Source: Cyanobacteriota bacterium
GTDB lineage: Bacteria; Cyanobacteriota; Cyanobacteriia; Thermostichales; Thermostichaceae
Reading direction: 5' to 3'
Assembly: GCA_033764955.1 (NCBI GenBank)
Contig: JANRIL010000020.1
Span: 32,001-96,000, forward strand
Length of the DNA stretch: 64,000 bases
The notes under the pieces were generated by a model. That model worked only from the letters and a program-made list of their open reading frames with translations. It ran no database searches and was not told the DNA's origin. Both the position numbers and the translations under genes were made by a program. This document shows, in pieces, positions 10,254-21,186 of this stretch (position 1 is the stretch's first letter; every line of letters starts with the position of its first letter).

Positions 10254-11678
10254 CTAACCATCTCTATCCGAATCCTCCGCTTGCTCCATCGGGGATGCGG
10301 GGGGGATCGCCAAAATCAAGGCATCCAAAACCCGACTGACCGGACTAAGGCGCATCCCCAAATCCGCCAAACGACTGAGGGAACTGCTCTGGGGAATGAT
10401 GGCATGACTAAAGCCCAACTTAGCGGCTTCCTTGAGGCGTTGCTCCAGTTGTCCCACCGGGCGTACCTGTCCCCCCAAGCCCACCTCCCCGATCAGCACC
10501 GTCTGGGGATCCATGACCCGATCCCGAAAGCTGGCAGCAATCGCCACCGCCACCCCCAGGTCAGCAGCAGGTTCGGCAACGTGGATCCCCCCGGCGGAGG
10601 CAATGTAGGCGTCATATTTGGAGAGGGGGATCCCAACCCGTTTTTCCAAAACCGCCAAGATCTGGTGAAAACGATTGGCTTCGATGCCGGTGCTACTGCG
10701 CCGTGGCGAACTGTAGCTAGTCGGGCTGACTAGGGCTTGCACCTCCACCAGGAGAGGTCGGGATCCCTCACAGGCAACGATGGTAGCGGTGCCAGGGGAA
10801 AGGGAGTCGCGGCTGATAAATAGCTCGGATGGATTGTCAATTTCCATCAATCCTCCCCCCCCCATGTCAAAGATCCCCAATTCTTGACTGGCTCCAAAGC
10901 GGTTTTTTACCGACCGCAGTAGGCGATGGCTTTGAAATCGATCTCCCTCAAAATAAAGCACAGTATCCACTAAATGCTCCAAGACTTTTGGGCCAGCAAT
11001 CGCCCCGTCTTTCGTGACATGCCCCACGATCAGCAAACTGATATTTAGCTTTTTCGCCGCCCGCATCAGAGCGCCTGTGCATTCCCGCACCTGAGAAACC
11101 GACCCCGCCGCCGAGGTGATCTGCGACCAAAAGATCGACTGAATACTGTCAATCACCGCCACTTTGGGTAGGAGGGATTGCAGCTCTAACAAAATGGCCT
11201 CCAGATCGGTTTCGGCTAACAAATAAAGCTGAGCAGAATCCACACCCAACCGTTCGGCCCGCAGTTTAATTTGTTGGGCAGATTCCTCCCCTGACACATA
11301 CAGCAGGCGGTTCGCCTCGGCTAAGTGCTGACAGGTTTGCAGCAGCAGCGTACTTTTGCCAATTCCAGGATCCCCCCCAATCAGCACCAGGGATCCCGGC
11401 ACAATCCCTCCCCCCAAGACCCGATCAAACTCGCCAAAACCAGAGGTCAAGCGGGGCTGAGGATCGGGGCGCACCTCCGGTAGAGGAACAGCCAACTGAG
11501 GCGAGCCAGGGCTGAGTTTGGCGATAGATCCCACCTGAGGACGGGTGGATTTAGTCGCTACCGCGAGAGCCACCTCCGTCAGGGATCCCCAACTATCGCA
11601 GTTGGAACAACGCCCCAAATAGCGGACAAACTTTTCTCCGCAGTTGTTACAAACCCACTCTGACTTGGCTTTTGCCAT
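10254..11678 (-). CDS. radA: DNA repair protein RadA
   Basis: C4 zinc finger, GGDPGIGKST, KNRFG motif, Lon-like C-terminus. Confidence 0.97.
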   Translation of the reverse strand: MAKAKSEWVCNNCGEKFVRYLGRCSNCDSWGSLTEVALAVATKSTRPQVGSIAKLSPGSPQLAVPLPEVRPDPQPRLTSGFGEFDRVLGGGIVPGSLVLIGGDPGIGKSTLLLQTCQHLAEANRLLYVSGEESAQQIKLRAERLGVDSAQLYLLAETDLEAILLELQSLLPKVAVIDSIQSIFWSQITSAAGSVSQVRECTGALMRAAKKLNISLLIVGHVTKDGAIAGPKVLEHLVDTVLYFEGDRFQSHRLLRSVKNRFGASQELGIFDMGGGGLMEIDNPSELFISRDSLSPGTATIVACEGSRPLLVEVQALVSPTSYSSPRRSSTGIEANRFHQILAVLEKRVGIPLSKYDAYIASAGGIHVAEPAADLGVAVAIAASFRDRVMDPQTVLIGEVGLGGQVRPVGQLEQRLKEAAKLGFSHAIIPQSSSLSRLADLGMRLSPVSRVLDALILAIPPASPMEQAEDSDRDG

Positions 11679-11896
11679 TGGTAAAATCGGCCAGCCCGCC
11701 TACCAGAATTATCTCAAAGGCTCAATGTTTAGGATTTCATGTTTAGGAGCCGATTTCTAGGATCCCATGGCATGGGATGCCTAGCATCTGCCTGTTGCGC
11801 GCTCCTATCATTTGAAGGTTATCTGTTCAACTGACAAACCAGCTAGATTAGAATTTCTACTCCACACTCTAGCCTTCTTCATCTCTGCACAGCACC

Positions 11897-13015
11897 ATGA
11901 TTTCTACCTCTGCTGCTCCGGTGGCTTCCAGCCTGCCCATCAAACCCCCGATTGTTGCCGCTCTCTCTGGTGGAGTGGATAGTTCGACGGTGGCGGGATT
12001 GCTCCACCAAGAGGGCTATGCCGTAGTAGGGGTGACCCTCTGGCTGATGCAGGGCAAAGGCCAGTGCTGTACCGATGGCTTAGTGGATGCCGCCACCATT
12101 TGTGAGCAATTGGGGATCCCCCATCACGTGGTGGATAGTCGGGAGGTTTTTCAGACCCAGATCATCGACTATCTGGTGACAGGCTACGCCGATGGCGTCA
12201 CCCCCCTACCCTGTTCTCAGTGCAATAAAACCGTCAAATTTGGCCCCCTGCTCACCTATGCCCGTGAAACCCTCGGAATTGACCGGATCGCCACCGGACA
12301 CTACGCCCGTATCCAACGGGATCCCCAAACCGGACGGTATCAACTGCGGCGCGCCCTGGATCGCAGCAAAGACCAGTCCTATTTCCTCTACGATCTCAGC
12401 CAGGATCATCTGGCGGGATCCCTATTTCCTCTGGGGGACTTTACGAAAGCCGAAACCCGTCGGATCGCCGCTCAATTAGGACTCGCCACCGCCGCCAAAC
12501 CCGAAAGCCAGGATCTCTGTTTAATCGAAACCCACGGCTCGATGCAGAAGTTCCTGGATCACTACATTCCGGCGGGCAAAGGCCAGATTGTCGATACCCA
12601 AGGTCACGTCCTGGGAGAACACGACGGCATTCACCATTACACCGTCGGACAACGCAAAGGGTTGGGAATTGCTGCCCCTCACCCCCTCTACGTGGTGCGT
12701 CTGGATCGAGCCATGAACCGTGTGGTAGTGGGAGAACGGCAGGAAGCGACCCAAAGCGCAGCCACGGTGCGGCAGGTCAACTGGGTGTCGATCCCCTGCC
12801 CCGGTGAAGCCATCCCCGCTAGCGTACAGGTGCGCTACCGAACGGATCCTGTCCCCGCCTTAGTCACCCCCATGCCAGATGCCCAGGGATCCCTGACCCG
12901 TGCCCATCTTCAGTTTGCCGAGCCGCAATTTGGCGTCACCCCCGGACAGGCGGCTGTTTGGTATGACGGGGATTGTGTTTTGGGAGGCGGCTTGTTAGAA
13001 CGACTGGTAGAGTAA
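11897..13015 (+). CDS. mnmA: tRNA 2-thiouridine(34) synthase
   Basis: SGGVDSS, ATGHYAR, KDQSYFL, TPGQAAV. Confidence 0.97.
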   Translation: MISTSAAPVASSLPIKPPIVAALSGGVDSSTVAGLLHQEGYAVVGVTLWLMQGKGQCCTDGLVDAATICEQLGIPHHVVDSREVFQTQIIDYLVTGYADGVTPLPCSQCNKTVKFGPLLTYARETLGIDRIATGHYARIQRDPQTGRYQLRRALDRSKDQSYFLYDLSQDHLAGSLFPLGDFTKAETRRIAAQLGLATAAKPESQDLCLIETHGSMQKFLDHYIPAGKGQIVDTQGHVLGEHDGIHHYTVGQRKGLGIAAPHPLYVVRLDRAMNRVVVGERQEATQSAATVRQVNWVSIPCPGEAIPASVQVRYRTDPVPALVTPMPDAQGSLTRAHLQFAEPQFGVTPGQAAVWYDGDCVLGGGLLERLVE

Positions 13016-13046
13016 GGATGTCAGACCGATCCAGTAGGAGTGTTTT

Positions 13047-13928
13047 GTGTTTAGCATCACTACCCATCAACAGCAATACACCACCTACGTACTATCGGAT
13101 CTGTTCGCCCAGTCGCAGGTGGAAGTGGTGCCGGAGCGAGGGGGGATCCTCACCCAGTGGCGAATTCAGGATCAAGAGCTTCTCTACCTCGATCATGAAC
13201 GATTTACCCACCCAGAATTAACCGTGCGGGGGGGGATCCCGGTACTGTTTCCCATCTGTGGCAATCTGCCCAATGATACGTACCACTATCAAGGCAAGCC
13301 CTACACCCTCAAACAACACGGGTTTGCCCGTAACCTCCCTTGGCAGGTGGTGGATCAAGACAGTGATGGCGTAGCCAGCTTGACGGTGATGCTCGACAGT
13401 AGCCAAGAAACCCTCTTGTACTATCCTTTTGAGTTTACTCTGGCGCTTACCTATCAACTGATGGGTCAAACCTTAACCGTCCGGCAACACCTCACCAATC
13501 GCTCAGAGCAACCCATGCCCTTCGTTCTGGGGTTTCATCCCTACTTTGCCGCTCCCAACAAATCTCAGTTAAAGTTTGGGATCCCAGCGAAAGCCTTCTA
13601 CGATCACCTCAGCCAAACCTCCCGTCCCTTTGACGGCTCCTTCGATCTGACTCAGCCAGAAATCGATGTAGCCTTCAAGCAACCCTCCAGCCAATCGGCA
13701 ACCGTCAGCGATCCTAGCCTTAACCGCCAACTTACCCTCAAATATGGGGATCCCTACTCCACCCTTGTCTTCTGGACAGTCCTGGGCAAAGACTTTTACT
13801 GCCTAGAACCGTGGACGGCTCCGCGCAATGCCCTCAATACCGGAGAGCAACTCATTACGCTGTCCAGTGGAGAAAGCTTTGAGTCCCAGTTTTCGCTAAC
13901 GGTTAGTCTGCTCAACCCCTCTGCCTAA
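13047..13928 (+). CDS. Aldose 1-epimerase family protein
   Basis: RGGIPVLFP, QHGFAR, GFHPYF, CLEPW. Confidence 0.9.
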   Translation: MFSITTHQQQYTTYVLSDLFAQSQVEVVPERGGILTQWRIQDQELLYLDHERFTHPELTVRGGIPVLFPICGNLPNDTYHYQGKPYTLKQHGFARNLPWQVVDQDSDGVASLTVMLDSSQETLLYYPFEFTLALTYQLMGQTLTVRQHLTNRSEQPMPFVLGFHPYFAAPNKSQLKFGIPAKAFYDHLSQTSRPFDGSFDLTQPEIDVAFKQPSSQSATVSDPSLNRQLTLKYGDPYSTLVFWTVLGKDFYCLEPWTAPRNALNTGEQLITLSSGESFESQFSLTVSLLNPSA

Positions 13929-14073
13929 TCGAGAGAGGAACTCCCCATCCCTCAGCTCAGCCCAAGAGAATCACCCCAAAGATAGGCAACAGGTACATAC
14001 CACTGCTCTCATTCCCACCTAAAGAAGTGATAGGAATGAGAGAGGGACAGGAGATGGGGATCCCCTACCTTGA

Positions 14074-14181
14074 TTACATGTCGGCTCCCCGCAGATAGAG
14101 GGCAAAGATCACCAGCGGACCTGCCAACACGATCAGCGCCAACAAAGCCAGTTGAATAAACACTTCGTATTGTCCGAACAT
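14074..14181 (-). CDS. psb30: Photosystem II reaction centre protein Psb30 (Ycf12)
   Basis: Manual translation MFGQYEVFIQLALLALIVLAGPLVIFALYLRGADM (35 aa); below ORF-track cutoff. Confidence 0.85.
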   Translation of the reverse strand: MFGQYEVFIQLALLALIVLAGPLVIFALYLRGADM

Positions 14182-14286
14182 AGTTTCTAATCCTGCACAA
14201 TCTTGCCAACGCCCGTTATCTTAAGGGATCGCGGTTGCCCCAGATGAGAGAGTCGAAACAAAAGTTGATATTTTTACCCTTCCTGT

Positions 14287-15582
14287 TTACCGTTCCTGCT
14301 GGGGCTGGAGGTGCAGGGGATCCAGGTTGAACAGTTCCTGTAGGGTGCGCATAGCGGCTCGCCGAGCTTCGATATCCCGCTTTGCCCGCAGTTGCACCAT
14401 CGGATCGTGCAAAATTTTGTTGACAATGCCACGGGTCAGGGCATCAATCACTTCCATATGCTTATCGGCAAAATCTTTCCCCAAGCGAGAAAGCGCCTTT
14501 TCCATCTCCTGCTCTCGGATCGTTTCTACTTTATGGCGGAGGCTGTTGATCGTAGGCACCGTTTCCAAAGAACGCCACCATTCGTGAAACTGTTCTCCCT
14601 CCTCCTCAAGCAGGGCTTCGGCGGCCACCGCCAAGCGTTGCCGATAAGCGCGGTTTTCTTCAACAATCACGGAGAGGTGATCGACGTTAAACACTTTGAC
14701 ACCACCCAACTGCTCGACATCGGCAGCAATATTGCGGGGGACGGAAATATCTACCATCAAAAGGGGCTGATCGATTTGCAGCAACGGCTCTAGGTGATGG
14801 CAGGTCAAAATTGGTTCGGTGGCTCCCGTGCTGGTAAACACCAACTGTGACTCACTCACGCAGGAAAGGAGAGCCTCCCAAGGCTGGATTTGAATCGGAT
14901 GATCAAACTGGCTGACCATCTCTTGGGCGCGCTCTTGGGAACGATTGACCACCGTAATATCCACGGCTCCTTTAGCCAAGAGGTGCTGCACCAGCAGACG
15001 GGACATTTTGCCCGCTCCCACCACGGTAATTTTGCCCTGAGCCAAATTGCCTTGGGTTTGGATGGCTAACTCCACAGCCGCCGAGCTGATGGACATCGCT
15101 CCCGTGCCGATCTCGGTTTCTGTGCGTACTCGTTTACCCGCCGTGATCGCGCCTTTGAACAAGCGGTTGAGGATGCGATCCATACCATGGCAGGCTTGCC
15201 CAAGCCGCTGGGCTGTTTTGACCTGAGCCAAGATCTGACCTTCTCCCAAAACAAGGCTATCCAGACCCGCCGCCACCCGTAGCAGGTGCATCACCGCGTC
15301 ATGGTAGATCAGGGTAAACAGGTGAGGGCGAATCACCGCTAGGTTAATTTGCTTAAACTCCGCCAAAAATTGCATGGTTTCCCGTACCCCACTTTCCACG
15401 TCAGGGGTGACAATGTAGACCTCCAGCCGATTGCAGGTACTCAGAATCGTGGCTTCATCAACATGAGGATAGCTGCATAACTGGGTAATAGCGGCTTCTA
15501 CCTGAGCTTCGGGAATGCTCAGTTGTTCCCGGACTTCCACCGGAGCGGTGCGATGGCTTAAACCCACAACGGCAATAAACAT
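14287..15582 (-). CDS. hemA: Glutamyl-tRNA reductase
   Basis: [31 protein letters not shown]. Confidence 0.97.
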   Translation of the reverse strand: MFIAVVGLSHRTAPVEVREQLSIPEAQVEAAITQLCSYPHVDEATILSTCNRLEVYIVTPDVESGVRETMQFLAEFKQINLAVIRPHLFTLIYHDAVMHLLRVAAGLDSLVLGEGQILAQVKTAQRLGQACHGMDRILNRLFKGAITAGKRVRTETEIGTGAMSISSAAVELAIQTQGNLAQGKITVVGAGKMSRLLVQHLLAKGAVDITVVNRSQERAQEMVSQFDHPIQIQPWEALLSCVSESQLVFTSTGATEPILTCHHLEPLLQIDQPLLMVDISVPRNIAADVEQLGGVKVFNVDHLSVIVEENRAYRQRLAVAAEALLEEEGEQFHEWWRSLETVPTINSLRHKVETIREQEMEKALSRLGKDFADKHMEVIDALTRGIVNKILHDPMVQLRAKRDIEARRAAMRTLQELFNLDPLHLQPQQER

Positions 15583-16010
15583 GTCTCTCCCTAATGTCTG
15601 CTACTGACGGTCTGAATCTGTGGCAGGAATTAATTCGGATCAAAAGCAAAATAAAAAATTGCTCAAGCTGATGGATGACGGCGGGGAAGGATTTGGATCC
15701 CCAAGCGAACGCTAGTGACTTCACCACAACCCTTCCATCCATCCATAAAAATGTCTTGATCTCAGCCTATCCGAGCAATAACAACAGTATCGGTCTCTGT
15801 CTGGCCGATTTTGCTGAAGAGTTGTTACGTTTTCCGGTGCCAGGATGGGTCATATTCTGTAATATTTGCGGCTCTTTCCCCCAGATGAGTTAATGGAGGA
15901 TCATCAGGATCCCAGCGTTGCTAGCCCCACGCTGAATGACTGAGGATAGCCCAAGAAAAGGGATCCCCCAGCCAGAGAGGATCCCAATGGATAGGCTTGA
16001 CCTCGTGGGT

Positions 16011-17051
16011 TTAGCGCAGTTGCAGGTTTTTGGGTTGACCATTGCTCATATGGATGGTGTCCACAAAGCGCACGGTTTTGGATTGGCTGGAGATAACGAG
16101 AGTTTCGGTGCGCGCCCCGCCGCCAAAAAAGCGAACCCCCTTCATCAAATCACCATCGGTGATGCCGGCGGCGGCAAACAGCACCTCTTTGCCACTGGCC
16201 AGTTCTTCACACTCAAAAATCTTGTCAGGATCTTGGATGCCCTTTTCTTGCAATTCACGGCGAGTTTCTTCTACAGGAGGCAAATAGGTTCCCGCTTGCA
16301 CCACCTCAGGGTCATAGATCAATCGCCCTTGGAAATGCGCCCCTAAACAGCGCAGGGCGGCGGCGGAAATCACCCCCTCCGGTGCTGCCCCAATCCCCAT
16401 CAGGGCATGAACCCCTGTGCCACTAAAGCCCGCCGAAAGAGCCGCCGAAATATCGCCATCGGAGATGAGCTTGACCCGTGCACCAGTGCCGCGAATTTCT
16501 TTGATTAATTCTGTGTGACGCTTGCGATCCATGACAATCACCACCAGATCAGCCACCTCCCGATCCAGGCACTCCGCAATGATTTTCAGGTTTTCGGTGG
16601 CAGATTTATCAATGTGGACTTTTCCTTTGGCTTCGGGAGGAGCCGCCAATTTTTGCATATAGATATCGGGGGCATTGAGCAACCCTCCCTTCTCTGAGAT
16701 CGCTAGCACCGCCATCGAGCCATTTTTTCCCCCTGCTACCAAGTTGGTGCCTTCGCAGGGATCCACAGCGATGTCAATCTCGGCCAATTCATCGAGCCGA
16801 CAAAACTGCTCGGCTTGAGGATGAGTGCAAATGCCTACTTCTTCTCCGATATAGAGCATGGGAGCCTCGTCCCTGGTCCCTTCCCCGATCACAATCCGCC
16901 CCCGCATATTGATGCGATTCATCCGTTCCCGCATGGCCTCTACCGCCACCTGGTCAGCCGTATGGTTATCCCCCTTTCCCATCCAACGCGCTGAGGCAAT
17001 AGCGGCTTGCTCAACCACTTCAATAATCTCTAGCCCCAAACTGTTATCCAC
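16011..17051 (-). CDS. glpX: Class II fructose-1,6-/sedoheptulose-1,7-bisphosphatase
   Basis: [33 protein letters not shown]; start set at GTG 17051 (MDNSLGLE). Confidence 0.95.
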   Translation of the reverse strand: MDNSLGLEIIEVVEQAAIASARWMGKGDNHTADQVAVEAMRERMNRINMRGRIVIGEGTRDEAPMLYIGEEVGICTHPQAEQFCRLDELAEIDIAVDPCEGTNLVAGGKNGSMAVLAISEKGGLLNAPDIYMQKLAAPPEAKGKVHIDKSATENLKIIAECLDREVADLVVIVMDRKRHTELIKEIRGTGARVKLISDGDISAALSAGFSGTGVHALMGIGAAPEGVISAAALRCLGAHFQGRLIYDPEVVQAGTYLPPVEETRRELQEKGIQDPDKIFECEELASGKEVLFAAAGITDGDLMKGVRFFGGGARTETLVISSQSKTVRFVDTIHMSNGQPKNLQLR

Positions 17052-17286
17052 GGTTGTCTCCCATTTGCTTGGTAGTTTTTCCTGTTTGACCATTAGTTTA
17101 CCAGGGTGAGGAGCCTCTCCCGTTGATCCTCCAAAGTAATTCTTAAGCAAACATAAAGAAGCCTAAAATCTAGACAGGATGAGCGATCCCCGGATCTGAT
17201 GTCGCCTATTGTCGATGGGGATCACGAGTGGTAAGCTAGGCGTAAAGCTTGATAAGTTTTTCTTAACTAATTCGTCTCAATACGCA

Positions 17287-17601
17287 ATGAAAAGATACGT
17301 CTTTACGAATGACTCAGACCGTGTTCAGGTGATCAAAACCCGAATCCGGCACTGGGAAAGAACTCTCTTTCCGGGGCAAGCCGCAACGTTTGAGGCGAAT
17401 CCAGAGGATTTTCTGGAGATCTATACCTATCAGGTGTCGAGTGCCCTCTTGGCGGATCGCACCCCTTGTTCTCGCCTGCCTACGCCTGACGAAGCGCGTG
17501 TTGGGGAACCCAGTGAAGCGTGCTCTGAGCTGCTTACCTTTGCCGGATCCCCACTGACAGCGGCTCTCAGCGATGGGCTGCGAGGGCGAGGTAGAGGGTG
17601 A
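17287..17601 (+). CDS. DUF1830-like protein
   Basis: WERTLFPGQ..FEA....LEI......LADR.PC pattern. Confidence 0.65.
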   Translation: MKRYVFTNDSDRVQVIKTRIRHWERTLFPGQAATFEANPEDFLEIYTYQVSSALLADRTPCSRLPTPDEARVGEPSEACSELLTFAGSPLTAALSDGLRGRGRG

Positions 17602-17602
17602 C

Positions 17603-18748
17603 ATGGATGCTGGAGGGCTGGATCGCTATTGGATGCAGCACTGTCTATTTTTGGCTCAACAGGTCGAACGGCCTCCTTCTCCCAATCCGCGGGTGGGATC
17701 CGTGGTGGTGGCCGGGAGCCGCAGGGTAGGGGTCGGGTTTCATCCGGGGGCGGGTCAGCCTCATGCGGAGGTGTTCGCCCTGCGGCAGGCAGGCGGGTTG
17801 GCGCTAGGAGCCACCCTTTATGTCAACCTAGAACCCTGTGATCACTATGGGCGAACGCCCCCTTGTACCGACGCCATCCTGCGGGCGGGGGTGGGGCGGG
17901 TGGTAGTGGGCATGGGGGATCCCAATCCACGGGTGGCGGGGCGGGGGATCGCCCACTTGCGGCAGGCGGGGGTAGAGGTGACGGTGGGGGTGGAGGAGGC
18001 AGCCTGTCGGCAACTCAATGAGGCTTTTGGGTTTGCGATCCTGCAGCAACGCAGCTTTGGCATTCTTAAATATGCCATGACCTTGGATGGCAAAATTGCC
18101 ACGGCCACAGGCGATAGTCGCTGGGTTAGTGATCCCCTGTCGCGGCAATGGGTGCATCGTCTGCGCTCCCAGGTAGATGCCGTGGTGGTGGGGAGTGGTA
18201 CAGTCTGGCGAGATGATCCCCAACTCACCGCCCGCTGGGCAGGGATCCCGGAGGATGCTTACCAACCGTTGCGGGTGGTGGTGAGTCGCCGTTTGCATCT
18301 GCCTCGACAGGCTCAGATCTGGGATCCCCAGGTAGCCCCCACGCTGGTTTTTACCGAAGCCCCTGCGGATGGGGAGATGCAAGGTTTTTTGCAGGATCGG
18401 GGGATCGAGGTGGTGGAGCTACCCCAGCTTACCCCTGAGCAGGTACCCCAATGGCTTTATCGGCAGAAGGGCTGTTTAGCCTTGTTATGGGAATGTGGCG
18501 GAACCCTGGCCGCCGCCGCTCTGCAAGCCGGAGCCATTCAAAAAGTCGCGGCCTTTATTGCCCCGAAACTGGTGGGGGGATCCACGGCGGCTACTCCCCT
18601 AGCTGGAGAAGGGATCCCTGTGATGGCAAATGCCCTTGGTTTGCAGGGGGTGACGGTTCAAGCCATCGGCAGCGATTGGTTAATGGAGGGCTACCTACCG
18701 GAGTTTTTATCTGCAAAAGAATCGGGTGGGGGAGACTCCACTCCCTAA
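17603..18748 (+). CDS. ribD: Riboflavin biosynthesis deaminase/reductase
   Basis: PNPRVG, HAE, LEPCDHYGRTPPC, KYAMTLDGKIA. Confidence 0.95.
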   Translation: MDAGGLDRYWMQHCLFLAQQVERPPSPNPRVGSVVVAGSRRVGVGFHPGAGQPHAEVFALRQAGGLALGATLYVNLEPCDHYGRTPPCTDAILRAGVGRVVVGMGDPNPRVAGRGIAHLRQAGVEVTVGVEEAACRQLNEAFGFAILQQRSFGILKYAMTLDGKIATATGDSRWVSDPLSRQWVHRLRSQVDAVVVGSGTVWRDDPQLTARWAGIPEDAYQPLRVVVSRRLHLPRQAQIWDPQVAPTLVFTEAPADGEMQGFLQDRGIEVVELPQLTPEQVPQWLYRQKGCLALLWECGGTLAAAALQAGAIQKVAAFIAPKLVGGSTAATPLAGEGIPVMANALGLQGVTVQAIGSDWLMEGYLPEFLSAKESGGGDSTP

Positions 18749-18856
18749 CCGAGGGATCCCCACAACTGGGATCCTTTCCCTACTGGTAGTAGTGTGGGTA
18801 AAATCTTAAAACACTAGATATATTAATTGGATAGAGATCGCCGGGGGAGATATCCC

Positions 18857-19663
18857 ATGTTGGATGGAGCGAAACCTGCGATGGTGATCACCGTCGTCTG
18901 CTTGAGTGGCGGCTCGGGCAAAACCACCACCGCCTTGAACCTGGCAACCATGTTGTCCCATTATGGCAAGACCCTCGCGGTGGATTTTGATCCGCAGGGC
19001 AACCTCAGTCAGTGGATGGGACATACCGATCTTTCCGATTCAGCCACCATGGCAGAAACCGTTTTAACCGGAACGGATCGGGTCAGTATTAGTGACATTA
19101 TTCGCCCGCCCCTCAACGAAGATCGGCAAGAACGCCTGTGGCTAGCCCCCAGTGACTATAGTTTATCGCGGGCGATGGATGGGGTTGCCCTAGAGCCGGG
19201 ACGAGAGTTGTTTCTGCGACGTGCCCTCAAACCCATCCTGAAAAATTATCAATTTTTGGTGATTGATAGTCCCCCAGCCAAAGGATTGCTCACCTACAAC
19301 ACCATCTTGGCCGCCGATTATCTGGTGGTGCCCACAGAATGTACTCAAAAGGGGGTGATGGGTGCCCTCAGCACGATGATCTTGGTCAAGGAACTGGCCG
19401 AACTGGATTTTGATGTGCCGGAGGTGCTGGGCATCCTACCCACCCGCGAGCAGTGGGCAGGCAACAAACGCACCAAGATGTCGAAGGCTGCCTTAGAAGC
19501 CCTTGGGGAATTGTTGCAAGGGATCCGGATTTTCCCCTCCCTCAAACAAAGTACGGTGGTGCAGCAAACCAACAGCATGGGTTGGTCGCTGGCGGAGGCG
19601 GGGGAAGAGTTGCTGGCCGAACCCTATCGAGACGTGGTGAACCTTGTTTTGTCCAAACGCTAA
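18857..19663 (+). CDS. ParA-family ATPase, McdA-like (signature Lys replaced by Ser)
   Basis: LSGGSGKTTTAL, DFDPQGNL, IDSPP, PTECTQKG, LGILPTREQW. Confidence 0.85.
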   Translation: MLDGAKPAMVITVVCLSGGSGKTTTALNLATMLSHYGKTLAVDFDPQGNLSQWMGHTDLSDSATMAETVLTGTDRVSISDIIRPPLNEDRQERLWLAPSDYSLSRAMDGVALEPGRELFLRRALKPILKNYQFLVIDSPPAKGLLTYNTILAADYLVVPTECTQKGVMGALSTMILVKELAELDFDVPEVLGILPTREQWAGNKRTKMSKAALEALGELLQGIRIFPSLKQSTVVQQTNSMGWSLAEAGEELLAEPYRDVVNLVLSKR

Positions 19664-19675
19664 GGGATCCCTGGG

Positions 19676-20260
19676 ATGAAACCACCCCGCAAAAAAATTC
19701 CAACTGGCCCTACCAAAGCTGATCTACTGGCTCGTCTGGGATCCCCTGCCTTACCTGCCGCGGATCCCACCCCTAGCCCAGAGAATGTTGTCCCAAGCCT
19801 GGAGGATCCTTCTCCACCTGCGGATGCCTGTCCTACCCCTCAGCCTGCTCCCCAACCAGAAATAGTTGCCAGCCCCGTTGAGGGTGTGGATTCCGGGGGA
19901 GCCGGCCACCCACCCACCCAACAACCATCCGCCAGCCCGTCCGAACATGGCATCCTTTCCCAGGCGGCGGAAACCAAGCTGTCTAGTCTGGCCAGTCAGA
20001 CCAACCTACCCCCTGAGATCTGGTTGCACGTCCTCATCCTGGCCTGGGATCGCCTGGATCCGGCTATGCAGGAAACCTTGATTTTAGAGGCTCACCGCGT
20101 CAGGGTTGAACGATTGCTGGCGGGTCAAAGCAAAACCCTGGCGGCCATTGAGCGGCTTTTACAAGGGCACGCAGATAGCAACGGAGCTGCCCTCCCCCCC
20201 GTTCGGGATGGGCTTAGGCCGCCAGAGGGGCTGGACGAGCCTGCCGCACCGCCTCGATAA
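19676..20260 (+). CDS. ParA partner protein, possibly McdB-like
   Basis: 12 nt after the ParA stop; basic N-terminus, Pro-rich disordered region, helical C-domain (EAHRVRVERLLAGQSK). Confidence 0.6.
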   Translation: MKPPRKKIPTGPTKADLLARLGSPALPAADPTPSPENVVPSLEDPSPPADACPTPQPAPQPEIVASPVEGVDSGGAGHPPTQQPSASPSEHGILSQAAETKLSSLASQTNLPPEIWLHVLILAWDRLDPAMQETLILEAHRVRVERLLAGQSKTLAAIERLLQGHADSNGAALPPVRDGLRPPEGLDEPAAPPR

Positions 20261-20945
20261 ACGCAGCAAATAGAGCTTGATGACCCGGTTCATCCATAGA
20301 AAATTCGGGATGCCACTGAATCGCCATCGCCCAGGGATGCTGCTGATGTTCAATGGCCTCAATCAATCCATCGGGGGCGTAGGCCACCGCCTGCCAGCCC
20401 GGAGGGGCAAACTGGATCCCTTGATGATGCCATGACACGACCGAAAGGGTTTCGCCCTGAATCATCTTCGCCAAACGGGATCCTTTGCTCACCTGCACAT
20501 CATGACGGATGGGAACCAGATCCACGGGACAAAAATGATGCACCTCCCCAAACTGTTCCGGTACATGGGGAAACAATTTGCCACCGCTCACAACACTCAA
20601 AACCTGCATTCCCCGACAGATCCCCAAAATGGGCTTAGACTGCTGCATAGCGATCTGCGCCAGATCCAACTCAAACTGATCTCGCTCCGAACAGACGTAG
20701 CGCACCATCGGATGATCATCCCCGCCATAGGTCATCGGATCGAGATCCCCTCCCCCTGACAGCACCAATCCATCCACCAGCTCAAGCAGGGGGTGTAGCT
20801 GATCTTCTCCGGGGGTCAACAGGATGGGCAGTCCGCCCGCCCCCAGTAGCGCGTCAACATATTTGCCAGCCAAGGCATAATCATCCGTTTCGTTGCGATG
20901 GCGGGTGGTAATCCCAATTAAGGGGCGAGAATTGGACAGACTCAT
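20214..20945 (-). CDS. Gamma-glutamyl-gamma-aminobutyrate hydrolase family (peptidase C26)
   Basis: LSGGGDLDP, LGICRGMQ, SWHHQ, IQWHPE. Confidence 0.9.
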   Translation of the reverse strand: MSLSNSRPLIGITTRHRNETDDYALAGKYVDALLGAGGLPILLTPGEDQLHPLLELVDGLVLSGGGDLDPMTYGGDDHPMVRYVCSERDQFELDLAQIAMQQSKPILGICRGMQVLSVVSGGKLFPHVPEQFGEVHHFCPVDLVPIRHDVQVSKGSRLAKMIQGETLSVVSWHHQGIQFAPPGWQAVAYAPDGLIEAIEHQQHPWAMAIQWHPEFSMDEPGHQALFAAFIEAVRQARPAPLAA

Positions 20946-21186
20946 CCGTGCTGAGGGTAAGAAGCGTGAAAGGGAATTCAGTTAGGGGAAAGTTAGGGTG
21001 AGATTTTAATAATAAGGAATATTTCTAACACACCCGACGGGTTAAAACCACTTTTCCTATTTTCCCGTTCGCAAAATCGGGGGATCCCCATTGGGTGGTC
21101 TCCTTTTTTGGAGGGGAGTAGCTTGAGAAGATAAAGATTTGTGGAGACTGCCGATAGACTAGAGAAGCATTTCTGTTTTTTGCTCC

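Noticed and set aside
10023..10733. 236-aa + strand ORF and similar long overlapping ORFs elsewhere
   Set aside because: Antisense or alternate frames of well-supported genes
11725..11748. ATGTTTAGGA direct repeat upstream of radA as a LexA box
   Set aside because: Does not match the cyanobacterial LexA consensus; two copies could be chance
14009..14209. 66-aa ORF from the track
   Set aside because: Wrong frame; the psb30 frame explains the region
20978..21000. Pho box-like CCCTAAC repeats upstream of the C26 hydrolase
   Set aside because: Only two imperfect units; cyanobacterial Pho boxes usually have three
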